In this document: positions 44,058 to 52,513 of the stretch, one piece after another
How the letters are laid out: every line of letters starts with the position of its first letter
Position numbering within the stretch: position 1 is the stretch's first letter
The notes under the pieces: model-generated
Seen by the model: the letters and a program-made list of their open reading frames with translations, nothing else
Database searches by the model: none
Told to the model about the DNA's origin: nothing
Translations under genes and position numbers: made by a program
Assembly: GCA_964462025.1 (NCBI GenBank)
Contig: CAYWXF010000001.1
Coordinates: forward strand, 16,853-80,852
DNA from: an uncultured Pseudomonas sp.
Lineage (GTDB): Bacteria > Pseudomonadota > Gammaproteobacteria > Enterobacterales > Alteromonadaceae
Direction of reading: 5' to 3'
DNA length: 64,000 nt

Positions 44058-45008
44058 ATGTCCGGTTCTGACATAGCCATTAAGGCGGATAATCTGACCC
44101 GCAGTTTCGGCTCTGTGACTGCCGTCGACGGATTGAAATTAAGTATCGAAAAATCACAGGTTTATGGATTCCTTGGCCCTAATGGTTCAGGTAAATCGAC
44201 AGCGATAAGAATGCTCTGCGGGCTGCTGAAACCAACGGACGGCACCGTTTCCGTACTGGGCTTTGACCTGCCGGCACAGGCAGATGCGGTGCGCTCCCGG
44301 ATTGGTTATATGACCCAGGAATTCTCGTTGTATGAAGATATGACCGTGCTGGAAAATCTTCGTTTTCTGAGTACGATTTATGCCCTGCCACGCAAGCAAC
44401 GCCGCGAGCGTATAGAACAGGCACTGGAAACCTATGATCTGTACGACCTCCAGCATCAGTTTTCGGGCACCATGAGCGGCGGGCAACGGCAGCGACTGGC
44501 GCTGGCGGCCGCAACTTTACATCAACCTGAATTGCTTATTCTGGATGAGCCCACCAGTGGTGTGGATCCTCAGAGCCGGCGTGACTTCTGGGACAGACTC
44601 TTTGACCTGGTTGGTCATGGCACCACAGTTCTGCTGTCGACTCACTATCTGGATGAAGCCGAGCGCTGTCATCAGTTGGCTATCCTTAATCAGGGCAAGT
44701 TAGTTGCTGAAGGCGCGCCTGCAGAGCTTATGAATACGCTGGATGCACAAGTAGTGGAAATTAATACCAGTGAATCGCTGAAAGTGCGCCATGAACTTGA
44801 CCAGCGGGCACAGGTACAAAGTGTCGCGCAGCTGGGCACCCGTTTGCATGCGCTGTTGGATAAAGACATCGACGATGCAGTATCGGAAGTAACCCAATGG
44901 TTAAAAGGTTGCGATAAGGACATTGAAGTGACCGCTGTATCGGCAAATCTGGAAGATGTCTTTGTGGCGGCCACCGAAAACCGACAGCAACTGGAGTCTG
45001 AAAGCTAA
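44058..45008 (+). CDS. ABC-2 exporter ATP-binding protein
   Basis: GPNGSGKS, MSGGQRQR, LILDEPT and STHYLDEAE. Confidence 0.93.
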   Translation: MSGSDIAIKADNLTRSFGSVTAVDGLKLSIEKSQVYGFLGPNGSGKSTAIRMLCGLLKPTDGTVSVLGFDLPAQADAVRSRIGYMTQEFSLYEDMTVLENLRFLSTIYALPRKQRRERIEQALETYDLYDLQHQFSGTMSGGQRQRLALAAATLHQPELLILDEPTSGVDPQSRRDFWDRLFDLVGHGTTVLLSTHYLDEAERCHQLAILNQGKLVAEGAPAELMNTLDAQVVEINTSESLKVRHELDQRAQVQSVAQLGTRLHALLDKDIDDAVSEVTQWLKGCDKDIEVTAVSANLEDVFVAATENRQQLESES

Positions 45009-46108
45009 TGGGCTGGTTGCGTTCACTCACCCGCTTTTGGGCCATCGTAAGTAAAGAGATCAAGCAGTTAGCCCGCGATCGTCTGACTCTGGCCATGATT
45101 ATTGGCGTACCACTACTGGAAATCACGCTGTTTGGGTACGCGATTAATACCGATGTACGACAGCTTGAGGCGGCTGTCGCGGATCAGGCCAATACCACAG
45201 CGTCGCGTGAGTTGGTCCGCTCGGCTGAGGCTAGCCAGGTCATAAGAGTCATTAAGACTGTGTCGGGCCCGACAGAGCTTAAACGTCAGCTTGACGCTGG
45301 GCGGATCGATGTGGGCCTGTTTATTCCGCCTGATTTTGAGCGGCGGTTACAGGATCGTGAACGCCCTGCTGCTCAGTTACTGATTAATGGCAGCGATCCC
45401 ATTATCGCAGATATCGCCCGGCAGCTGGTACAATTGCCCGCGCCATTCACTGCCGCAGACCGTTCCCCGGCGGTGCTGGAAGCACGAAACTACTACAACC
45501 CGGAGCAGCGAACGGAGGTGCAGATTGTCCCCGGGCTTATCGGGGTGATTCTGAACTTAACCATGGTGCTATTTACCGCTATTGCTATTGTCCGTGAGCG
45601 TGAACGGGGTAATCTGGAACTACTTATTGCGACCCCGGTACAACGCGGTGAACTCATCCTGGGAAAGATTTTTCCCTACATCATCATTGGTATGGTTCAG
45701 ATGAATATTATTCTGTTCGTCGGTACCTGGCTATTTGACGTGCCATTACGCGGGTCGATATGGGATTTGTATATTGCCGCGGCATTTTTCGTCATCGCAA
45801 CGCTGGCACTGGGTATCACTATTTCTACGATGGCAACCACACAGTTTCAGGCGATGCAACTGACGGTATTTACTTTTTTGCCATCGATTCTGCTGTCTGG
45901 GTTCATGTTTCCATTTGAGGGCATGCCTGAGCCAGCGCAATACATTGGTGAGGTATTGCCGCTGACCCATTTTGTCCGTCTCACCCGTGGCATTGTACTT
46001 CGTGGCTCTGAGTTGGGTGAACTGTTGCCGGAATTAGCCGCGCTGACCGCATTTAGCGTGGTGATGGTGACGATCGCGATTCTGCGGTTCCGCAAGCGGC
46101 TTGATTAG
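45008..46108 (+). CDS. ABC-2 exporter permease (YbhS/YbhR-like)
   Basis: LFGYAIN, YNPE, IVRERERGNLE, LLSGFMFP and PLTHF. Confidence 0.92.
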   Translation: MGWLRSLTRFWAIVSKEIKQLARDRLTLAMIIGVPLLEITLFGYAINTDVRQLEAAVADQANTTASRELVRSAEASQVIRVIKTVSGPTELKRQLDAGRIDVGLFIPPDFERRLQDRERPAAQLLINGSDPIIADIARQLVQLPAPFTAADRSPAVLEARNYYNPEQRTEVQIVPGLIGVILNLTMVLFTAIAIVRERERGNLELLIATPVQRGELILGKIFPYIIIGMVQMNIILFVGTWLFDVPLRGSIWDLYIAAAFFVIATLALGITISTMATTQFQAMQLTVFTFLPSILLSGFMFPFEGMPEPAQYIGEVLPLTHFVRLTRGIVLRGSELGELLPELAALTAFSVVMVTIAILRFRKRLD

Positions 46109-46112
46109 CTGG

Positions 46113-46940
46113 TTATTGCTTCTCTGCCGCCTGACGCCGGTTCTCGATTACCGCGCTATCATTCAGCCGCCAGTTGTAATCTAAAAAGCGGACGTCGTAT
46201 TCACTGGTATCGGTATCATAATAACGACTGCCAAAGTCCGTTAACTTATTAAACCCTTGATGCCCTTGCTGAAAATCTTCGCGATACCACTTAAAGATAG
46301 ACGAGAGAAAAAGCGTTTCTGACTCGTTATCCAGGTAGTTTTTATCCGGATCCGACAAAAAGCTCTGCATCTGGCTTTCCAGTTGCAGCTCCAGTTGTTC
46401 GGCCTGATAGGCTTCAGCGCGTAAATTAGGACAACTTATCGCTGCACACACTAAGGCCGCATGAATACGCGGTTCGTTAAAGTCTTTGCGGATCCGTTGA
46501 TGCTCGATCCAGTCAAGATTGCGCTTTTCACCCAGTAAGGTGAAAAAATCCTGCTCCCATGGCGTGCCAAACCAGCTACCGAGATCCCGGATTGACTCCG
46601 CGTCACCCTGCGCAAACTGCTGATAGTTGTTGATGATGAGTTCGAGCGTAAAAGCGTTATAAGCGTTGATAAGAAATGACAGTTTCTGGCCCTCGCTCCA
46701 GCCGCTGTAGGTTTGCTCTGAAACCGAAGAAAGGCTTTCCAAATAATCACTTAGCGAATCATCACGCTGGTTTAGCTGCGCATAGTCCACCCAGGTCTTG
46801 TCGTCATAAAACTCAAGATGAATTGATAAAATATCAGTGAATTTTTGGTGTGAATGGTCAAATTCAGCGGCAAAAGTGGTGTTTGCCAGCAGCAAAAAGG
46901 CGCTGATAGTCACCAGTGTCCATTGTGTTATAAAGCGCAT
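46113..46940 (-). CDS. DUF547 domain exported protein
   Basis: Signal peptide, VDYAQL, FLINAYNAFT, EPRIHAALVCAAISCPNL, SIFKWY and YNWRLN. Confidence 0.85.
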   Translation of the reverse strand: MRFITQWTLVTISAFLLLANTTFAAEFDHSHQKFTDILSIHLEFYDDKTWVDYAQLNQRDDSLSDYLESLSSVSEQTYSGWSEGQKLSFLINAYNAFTLELIINNYQQFAQGDAESIRDLGSWFGTPWEQDFFTLLGEKRNLDWIEHQRIRKDFNEPRIHAALVCAAISCPNLRAEAYQAEQLELQLESQMQSFLSDPDKNYLDNESETLFLSSIFKWYREDFQQGHQGFNKLTDFGSRYYDTDTSEYDVRFLDYNWRLNDSAVIENRRQAAEKQ

Positions 46941-47518
46941 GTAACCTCCTTACCAATTTGCCCCGCAAGCTGCCTGATCCGCAGCGGGTCAGTATTTCGC
47001 TGCAGGAAAACCCGCAGCCCCATAATAGCCACTTGCAGGCGCTGCGCCATTAATCGGGGATCCGCAGAAGCCGGCAACTGCCCTGCCAGCATTGCCATAC
47101 TGTAAACTTCACAGAAATAGTCCTCCAGATTAGCCAGGTATTCCTCCGCGGCTTGACTCAGCGCGGGCTGACTGCCACTTAATTCGATTTTAGAGCTCAC
47201 CAGCAAACAGGCTTTCTCCCCGGGCGCGGCATGGGCAAGATCCGCGAGCTGGATTAAATAGGTGCGGACTGCAGCCAACGGGTCATCGGCACCTGCCACC
47301 AGGGCACGGAGCTTCTCGATCGCCTGACTCGCATAAAAAGACAGTACTTCAGTAAAGAGCCGTTCTTTCGAACCAAAAGCGGCATAAATACTGCCGGGGC
47401 GCATATCCAACGCCTGCTCCAGGTCTTTCATCGAGGTTGCGTTGTAACCCTGACGCGCAAAGAGCTCCAGGGCTTTATGCAGAACCGATGGCCGATCAAA
47501 TTTTGCTTTTCTTGGCAT
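46928..47518 (-). CDS. TetR/AcrR family regulator (NemR/ComR-like)
   Basis: HTH QGYNATSMKDL...GSIYAAFGSKERLF and C-terminal ACLLV with a cysteine. Confidence 0.92.
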   Translation of the reverse strand: MPRKAKFDRPSVLHKALELFARQGYNATSMKDLEQALDMRPGSIYAAFGSKERLFTEVLSFYASQAIEKLRALVAGADDPLAAVRTYLIQLADLAHAAPGEKACLLVSSKIELSGSQPALSQAAEEYLANLEDYFCEVYSMAMLAGQLPASADPRLMAQRLQVAIMGLRVFLQRNTDPLRIRQLAGQIGKEVTCAL

Positions 47519-47533
47519 ATGCGGGCCTTTAAT

Positions 47534-47590
47534 TTGAATGATTGCTCAAGTTTGACTATTGTATGACATGATAGTTGAGCAATCACTCAA
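47534..47590. promoter_or_regulatory. Twin 16-bp palindromic operators between tetR and the AhpD-like gene
   Basis: TTGAATGATTGCTCAA (47534-47549) and TTGAGCAATCACTCAA (47575-47590) are reverse complements of each other with one mismatch. Confidence 0.8.
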
Positions 47591-47606
47591 GAACAAGGAG
47601 AGCAGT

Positions 47607-48146
47607 ATGTCAGATTTTACTATTCATGATAAAGATTCAGCCCCTTCGGACAGCAAGGAATTGCTGAAGGCTTCAGAGAAAGATGCTGGCATGATCCCGA
47701 ACTTACATGGGGTAATGGCCGAATCACCCGAATTGCTTGAAGCCTATCAGACGCTGCATAAGCTGTTTCTGAACTCTAGTCTGAATAATGAGCAAAAAAC
47801 TGTCGTCTGGATGGCGATTAACGTAGAGCATAAATGCCATTACTGTGTGCCGGCTCACACAGCTATCGCTAAATCAATGGATATTAGCGATGACATTATT
47901 GATGCCTTGCGTGATGAAGAGTCCCTGTCCTCTCACGAACTCGAAGCACTTCGCGACTTTACCCTTAAAGTAGTGCGCGCGCGCGGACAGGTAACCGATG
48001 ATGATCTTGACGATTTTTATAAAGCGGGTTACTCGAAGAAAAATGTGCTAGAAGTTATTCTGGCGGTTGGTCAGAAAACCATCAGTAATTACACCAACCA
48101 CATTGTTGAAACGCCCGTTGACGACGCGTTTGAAAAATACCGTTAA
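47607..48146 (+). CDS. Carboxymuconolactone decarboxylase / AhpD-like protein
   Basis: AAGGAG then ATG at 47607; GMIPNL, CHYCVPAH CxxC motif and KTISNYTNH. Confidence 0.9.
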   Translation: MSDFTIHDKDSAPSDSKELLKASEKDAGMIPNLHGVMAESPELLEAYQTLHKLFLNSSLNNEQKTVVWMAINVEHKCHYCVPAHTAIAKSMDISDDIIDALRDEESLSSHELEALRDFTLKVVRARGQVTDDDLDDFYKAGYSKKNVLEVILAVGQKTISNYTNHIVETPVDDAFEKYR

Positions 48147-48178
48147 GAACAAAAATAAACCCTATAAGGAACACCATT

Positions 48179-48589
48179 ATGGTTGGAATTCAATCAAAAG
48201 ACACAAAAAACCGCCTGCAGTGGTCGCTGTTTGCACTGCGGCTTGGCGTTTTTATCGTGATGCTGGTCTGGACCCTGGATAAGTTTGTAAATCCCGGGCA
48301 TAGTGCCGGTGTATTTGAGAATTTCTACTTTATCTCAGGTCTGGGTGAAACGGCATTTTTTGTGTTAGGTATTATTCAGTTAGCTATTATACTTGGCTTT
48401 CTGGTGGGATTTAAAAAACGGATTACCTACGGTTTAGTGCTGATTATGCACGGGATATCAACATTCGCGTCCTTCCCCGTTTATCTGAATCCGTTTAGTA
48501 ATCTGCTATTTTTTGCCGCGTGGCCGATGTTAGCGGCATGTCTGGCGCTGTATTTATTGCGTGATGAAGATCAGAAACTAACCATTTAA
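48179..48589 (+). CDS. DoxX-like small membrane protein
   Basis: LRLGVFIVMLVWTLDKF, four hydrophobic segments and LLFFAAWPML. Confidence 0.7.
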   Translation: MVGIQSKDTKNRLQWSLFALRLGVFIVMLVWTLDKFVNPGHSAGVFENFYFISGLGETAFFVLGIIQLAIILGFLVGFKKRITYGLVLIMHGISTFASFPVYLNPFSNLLFFAAWPMLAACLALYLLRDEDQKLTI

Positions 48590-48606
48590 ACTGAGAGACA
48601 TATCTG

Positions 48607-49479
48607 ATGCGGCATAATTTTTGGGCAGCACTCCTTACCGGGGTGCTGCTTTTTCTCGTTTCAGCAGGCGCTAACGCGTCATTGCTTTATCGTATTAGTG
48701 GCAAGGATCTCCCGCAGCCATCCTACCTGTTTGGTACCATGCATATGATTTGTGAGCGCGATTTCAACGCCGATGAACGTATTCTGCAGGCATTTAACGC
48801 CACTGAGCGGCTGGTGCTGGAACTGGATTTAACTGACATGGCGGTGGCCCAACAGCTACAACAAAGCATCCGTCAGCCCGGCGGGCCTTATCTGCATAAA
48901 CACCTTAATGCGGAACAACTAGAAGAAATTGATGCGGTATTACAGCGAATCACCGGACAGCGGCTCAGCTACTTTGAAGAATTACGCCCTTTTGTACTGA
49001 GCAGCATGTTACTCAGAGAGCAGCTCAACTGTCAGCAGCTGGCCTCTTGGGAAGGATTTTTTCTGCAGCAGGCGCAGCACACAGCAAAAACTGTTATCGG
49101 CCTGGAAACAGTTTCCGATCAGATCGGTATTTTTGACCACATCCCACTTGCCCGACAAAGCCAGTGGTTCTGGCAGATGATTGACGAATTCCAGCAATCC
49201 AGTGCCGATCTGCAGCAGATGAAAATGCTGTTCCTGGACGAGGATGTCGATAAACTCTATGAGTTTATTGTGCAGCAGCCCGAATTCGCCGAGTATCGCT
49301 CGCTACTGCTTGATGATCGTAATCAGAATTGGGTTCTGGCCCTGCAGCCACTGATTGCTGAGCAACCAACCTTCATCGCGGTGGGTGCCGGGCATTTAGG
49401 TGGCTCTCAGGGCCTGATTAGTCTGCTCCGTGACGCCGGGTATACCGTTGAACCAATCGCGGCACCTTTTGTTCACTGA
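48607..49479 (+). CDS. TraB/GumN (Tiki-type metalloprotease) family protein
   Basis: Signal peptide, SYLFGTMH, GLET, DRNQNW and AVGAGHL. Confidence 0.88.
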   Translation: MRHNFWAALLTGVLLFLVSAGANASLLYRISGKDLPQPSYLFGTMHMICERDFNADERILQAFNATERLVLELDLTDMAVAQQLQQSIRQPGGPYLHKHLNAEQLEEIDAVLQRITGQRLSYFEELRPFVLSSMLLREQLNCQQLASWEGFFLQQAQHTAKTVIGLETVSDQIGIFDHIPLARQSQWFWQMIDEFQQSSADLQQMKMLFLDEDVDKLYEFIVQQPEFAEYRSLLLDDRNQNWVLALQPLIAEQPTFIAVGAGHLGGSQGLISLLRDAGYTVEPIAAPFVH

Positions 49480-49562
49480 AGTTGCAATCATACCGTACAT
49501 TAATGGCAAATCGATGACGGTATCGGCTATCATAGGCGGCTAATTCAAGGAGACGATATTTC

Positions 49563-51479
49563 ATGCATGTAACCGCTGACGCTTTGCAACCGGCTATTGA
49601 TAACTGGGCTGAGCAATACCCCGAAACCTTCAGCCCCAGCGCCCTGGTTGGTCAGAATCGCGCTACCTCAGCGCTGCATCAGGCGCTCAGCATTGCCGGT
49701 CGCTATGCTCACGGCTTTTTAGTTACGCCCGCCGGCCTGCGCACCTACGATGTGCTGCAAGAGCTACAGCAACTGCATACCTGGGATTTCGCTGAAAAAT
49801 ATGACTGGGTTTACCTGGCCAACCCGGACTCTGCCAGCGAGCCGCGCTGCGTCAATTTACCCTGTGGCAAAGCAAGTGCGTTTCTGACCGACCTCTGGGC
49901 ACTGTTTGAAACGCCTGTGGCTAACCGCCAGGATCTGCTCACTGCGTTGCGCGACAACTATCCGACCGAGCGTGTGCATGACTACCTGGCAACCGTAGCC
50001 GAGAAGAATTTCGAAGATTTGCCCGGTAAAGAATTGGCAACGGTCATCGTCCAGCATGAAGAAAACCAACCGTTTATTCTTTGTGATCGGGTTACCGAAA
50101 CCAACTTATTTGGCAGCATCCGTTTGCAGTCGGTTGAAGGGACGATCAGCTCTGATCTACACCTGATCGAAGCGGGCGCCCTGCATAAGGCAAACGGCGG
50201 CGTACTTGCCATCGATGCCGAAGAGTTATTGTCCCAGCCAGGGTTATGGCGAAAACTAAAGTATATCCTGCGTACCAGTCAGTTCCATTGGCCGCAGCCC
50301 GGTGAAGCCAATATCGCTGCTTTCTACCGGCCAGAACCGGTGCCGGTGCATATTAAAGTATTGCTGCTCGGTGAGCGTGACATCTATGGGCAACTACGAG
50401 AGCTGGATCGCGACTTTGATAATTTGTTCCCTTATCTGGCTGATTTCTCCGGTCACTATCCCTTAAGTCAGTTTCCGCTGGCGCCCTACTTCGACTACCT
50501 GGCCTATGTGCAGCGTGAAGCCGCGGTATTGCCGCTAAATCGTAATGCCTACCCGCTGGTGTTTAAGTTTGCCTCGCGGCTGAGTGATTATCAGACCGAG
50601 TTAAGCCTGGATACCATTGCCCTGATGCAATTGTTACGCGAGTCTTCGGCTATTGCCGCTGCGCTGGGCTGTAACGATATTCAGGGCGAGCATGTGCAGC
50701 AGGTATTGCAGCAACGTAAATACCGCGACGGTTATATTGCTGATCTTAGTCGTCGTTCGATTCTGGAAGGACAAGTTTATATAGCTACTGACGGCCAGGT
50801 GGTCGGCCAGGTTAACGGTTTAACTGTAGTGACCGCCGGTGGCAGCGAATTTGGCGAGCCATCGCGTATTACCGCCACAGTGCACTACGGCGATGGCGAT
50901 ATTATTGATATCGACCGTAAATCCGAGCTAAGCGGCAATATTCACACCAAAGGCGTGATGATTCTCAGCGCTTATATCGCCAATGTTTTTGCGCGTAGCG
51001 AAGCCATGAGCCTGTCAGCAACCATAGTGTTTGAGCAGTCTTACCATGAGGTTGATGGCGACAGCGCGTCGCTGGCCGAGCTTTGCTGCTTATTATCGGC
51101 ACTGGCCGAAGCACCTATCGAGCAAGGCCTGGCCATAACCGGTGCGGTTGATCAGTTTGGCCGGGTACAAGCAATTGGTGCGGTAAATGAAAAAATAGAA
51201 GGCTATTTTTCTCTCTGTCAGGCCCGCGGGCTTACCGGTCATCAGGGCGTGATTATTCCGGCGGCCAACCTGAGCCAGCTTAATCTGGAACCCGATGTGA
51301 TCGAGGCGGTTAAAGCCGGACAGTATCATATTTATGCGGTTGATCATGTGACTGATGCGCTCGAACTACTCACGCAGTCGGATCAGAAAAAGCTATACGC
51401 CCGTATCGAACAGCGTCTTGATGAATTGCAGCATGCTGAGCGGGCACCGAGCTGGTGGCGGCGTATGCTGGGTCGATAA
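49563..51479 (+). CDS. ycbZ: Lon-like S16 protease with AAA_32 domain (YcbZ/LonH type)
   Basis: GALHKANGG, GQVNGL, DGDSAS (catalytic Ser) and VNEKIEG (catalytic Lys); upstream of fabA as in E. coli. Confidence 0.85.
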   Translation: MHVTADALQPAIDNWAEQYPETFSPSALVGQNRATSALHQALSIAGRYAHGFLVTPAGLRTYDVLQELQQLHTWDFAEKYDWVYLANPDSASEPRCVNLPCGKASAFLTDLWALFETPVANRQDLLTALRDNYPTERVHDYLATVAEKNFEDLPGKELATVIVQHEENQPFILCDRVTETNLFGSIRLQSVEGTISSDLHLIEAGALHKANGGVLAIDAEELLSQPGLWRKLKYILRTSQFHWPQPGEANIAAFYRPEPVPVHIKVLLLGERDIYGQLRELDRDFDNLFPYLADFSGHYPLSQFPLAPYFDYLAYVQREAAVLPLNRNAYPLVFKFASRLSDYQTELSLDTIALMQLLRESSAIAAALGCNDIQGEHVQQVLQQRKYRDGYIADLSRRSILEGQVYIATDGQVVGQVNGLTVVTAGGSEFGEPSRITATVHYGDGDIIDIDRKSELSGNIHTKGVMILSAYIANVFARSEAMSLSATIVFEQSYHEVDGDSASLAELCCLLSALAEAPIEQGLAITGAVDQFGRVQAIGAVNEKIEGYFSLCQARGLTGHQGVIIPAANLSQLNLEPDVIEAVKAGQYHIYAVDHVTDALELLTQSDQKKLYARIEQRLDELQHAERAPSWWRRMLGR

Positions 51480-51480
51480 G

Positions 51481-51497
51481 TACTAGTCGGACTTGTT
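51481..51497. promoter_or_regulatory. FadR-binding site upstream of fabA
   Basis: TACTAGTCGGACTTGTT closely resembles the E. coli fabA FadR site AACTGATCGGACTTGTT. Confidence 0.75.
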
Positions 51498-51498
51498 A

Positions 51499-51516
51499 AG
51501 CGTACACGTGTTAGCT
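51499..51516. promoter_or_regulatory. FabR-binding site upstream of fabA
   Basis: AGCGTACACGTGTTAGCT matches the E. coli fabA FabR operator as I recall it. Confidence 0.85.
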
Positions 51517-51571
51517 AAGCTAGCGGGACTTTCCGATTAGTTAATCTGACATTAAGAACCACAAGGTGTTT

Positions 51572-52084
51572 ATGAAACAGTCTAGTTATACGCGTGAAGA
51601 GCTGCTGGCATGCGCTCGCGGTGAGATGTTCGGACCAGGTAACAGCCAGTTGCCCGCCCCTAATATGCTGATGATGGACCGTGTCGTTGAGATCAATGAT
51701 CACGGCGGCGAGCACGGCAAAGGCTTTATTCACGCTGAATTAGATATTAAGCCGGATCTCTGGTTTTTTCAGTGCCATTTCATTGGCGACCCGGTCATGC
51801 CTGGTTGTCTGGGGCTTGATGCTATGTGGCAACTGACCGGTTTCTTCCTGGCCTGTGCCGGTGGCCCGGGTCGCGGTCGTGCACTTGGTGTGGGCGACGT
51901 GAAGTTTACCGGACAGATTCTGCCTACTGCCAATAAAGTCAGCTATTTTATAGATATGAAACGGGTTATTAAGCGCTCCCTGTATATGGGAATTGGCGAT
52001 GGCCGGGTTGAGGTTGACGGGAAAACTATCTATACCGCCAAAGATCTGAAAGTTGGCCTGTTTACCGATACGTCTAAGTTCTGA
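51572..52084 (+). CDS. fabA: 3-hydroxydecanoyl-ACP dehydratase/isomerase
   Basis: [11 protein letters not shown] and [24 protein letters not shown]; ATG at 51572. Confidence 0.98.
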   Translation: MKQSSYTREELLACARGEMFGPGNSQLPAPNMLMMDRVVEINDHGGEHGKGFIHAELDIKPDLWFFQCHFIGDPVMPGCLGLDAMWQLTGFFLACAGGPGRGRALGVGDVKFTGQILPTANKVSYFIDMKRVIKRSLYMGIGDGRVEVDGKTIYTAKDLKVGLFTDTSKF

Positions 52085-52106
52085 TCACCTGCCCTGCAGA
52101 AAGAAC

Positions 52107-52132
52107 AAAGCCCGCTGATAGCGGGCTTTTTT
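52107..52132 (+). terminator. Rho-independent terminator between convergent fabA and rmf
   Basis: AAAGCCCGCT-GAT-AGCGGGCTTT-TTT. Confidence 0.85.
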
Positions 52133-52164
52133 GATTTTATTTTTGCCTGAGTTTTGGCTCAGAA

Positions 52165-52338
52165 TTATCGGTATAAACCGACACCGCGAGCTTCCATCGC
52201 ATCGCGCCAGCCGCCCAGCCAGTGGGACCGTATATCCTGACTCTGATAGGGGCAGTTTTCTTTGGAGCGACCTGATACACCGGCTTTAAAGCCTTGTGAA
52301 TGGGCGCGTTCGAGGCGATCGCGTTTTTGTCTTTTCAT
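52165..52338 (-). CDS. rmf: Ribosome modulation factor
   Basis: MKRQKRDRLERAHSQGFKAG...CPYQ...WLGGWR; ATG at 52338. Confidence 0.96.
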   Translation of the reverse strand: MKRQKRDRLERAHSQGFKAGVSGRSKENCPYQSQDIRSHWLGGWRDAMEARGVGLYR

Positions 52339-52443
52339 CTTTAGCTTCCTCGTGCAGATTTCTCGTTTTGATATAACAGAGCCAGATAAATACCGCGTGA
52401 CTCTTACTTCTATAGATAGCAATTCTGGACGGGAGTTCAAGGC

Positions 52444-52494
52444 AAAAAAAAGCACGATTCGGGCGACTTAAGCTAAGTCGATGAAATCGTGCTT
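52444..52494 (-). terminator. Long hairpin plus T8 tract after the DUF3466 gene
   Basis: Outer stem AAGCACGATT/AATCGTGCTT, inner stem CGACTTA/TAAGTCG, A-tract at 52444-52451. Confidence 0.65.
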
Positions 52495-52513
52495 ATTCTG
52501 TGATCTATTTTTC

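Noticed and set aside
43020-49479. Genomic island or Xer-integrated element next to dif
   Set aside because: No integrase, replication protein, phage gene or second dif/att copy seen.
52339-52455. N-terminal extension of rmf in the ORF track
   Set aside because: Canonical Rmf begins at MKRQKRD with an RBS (GAGGAAG) just upstream of 52338.
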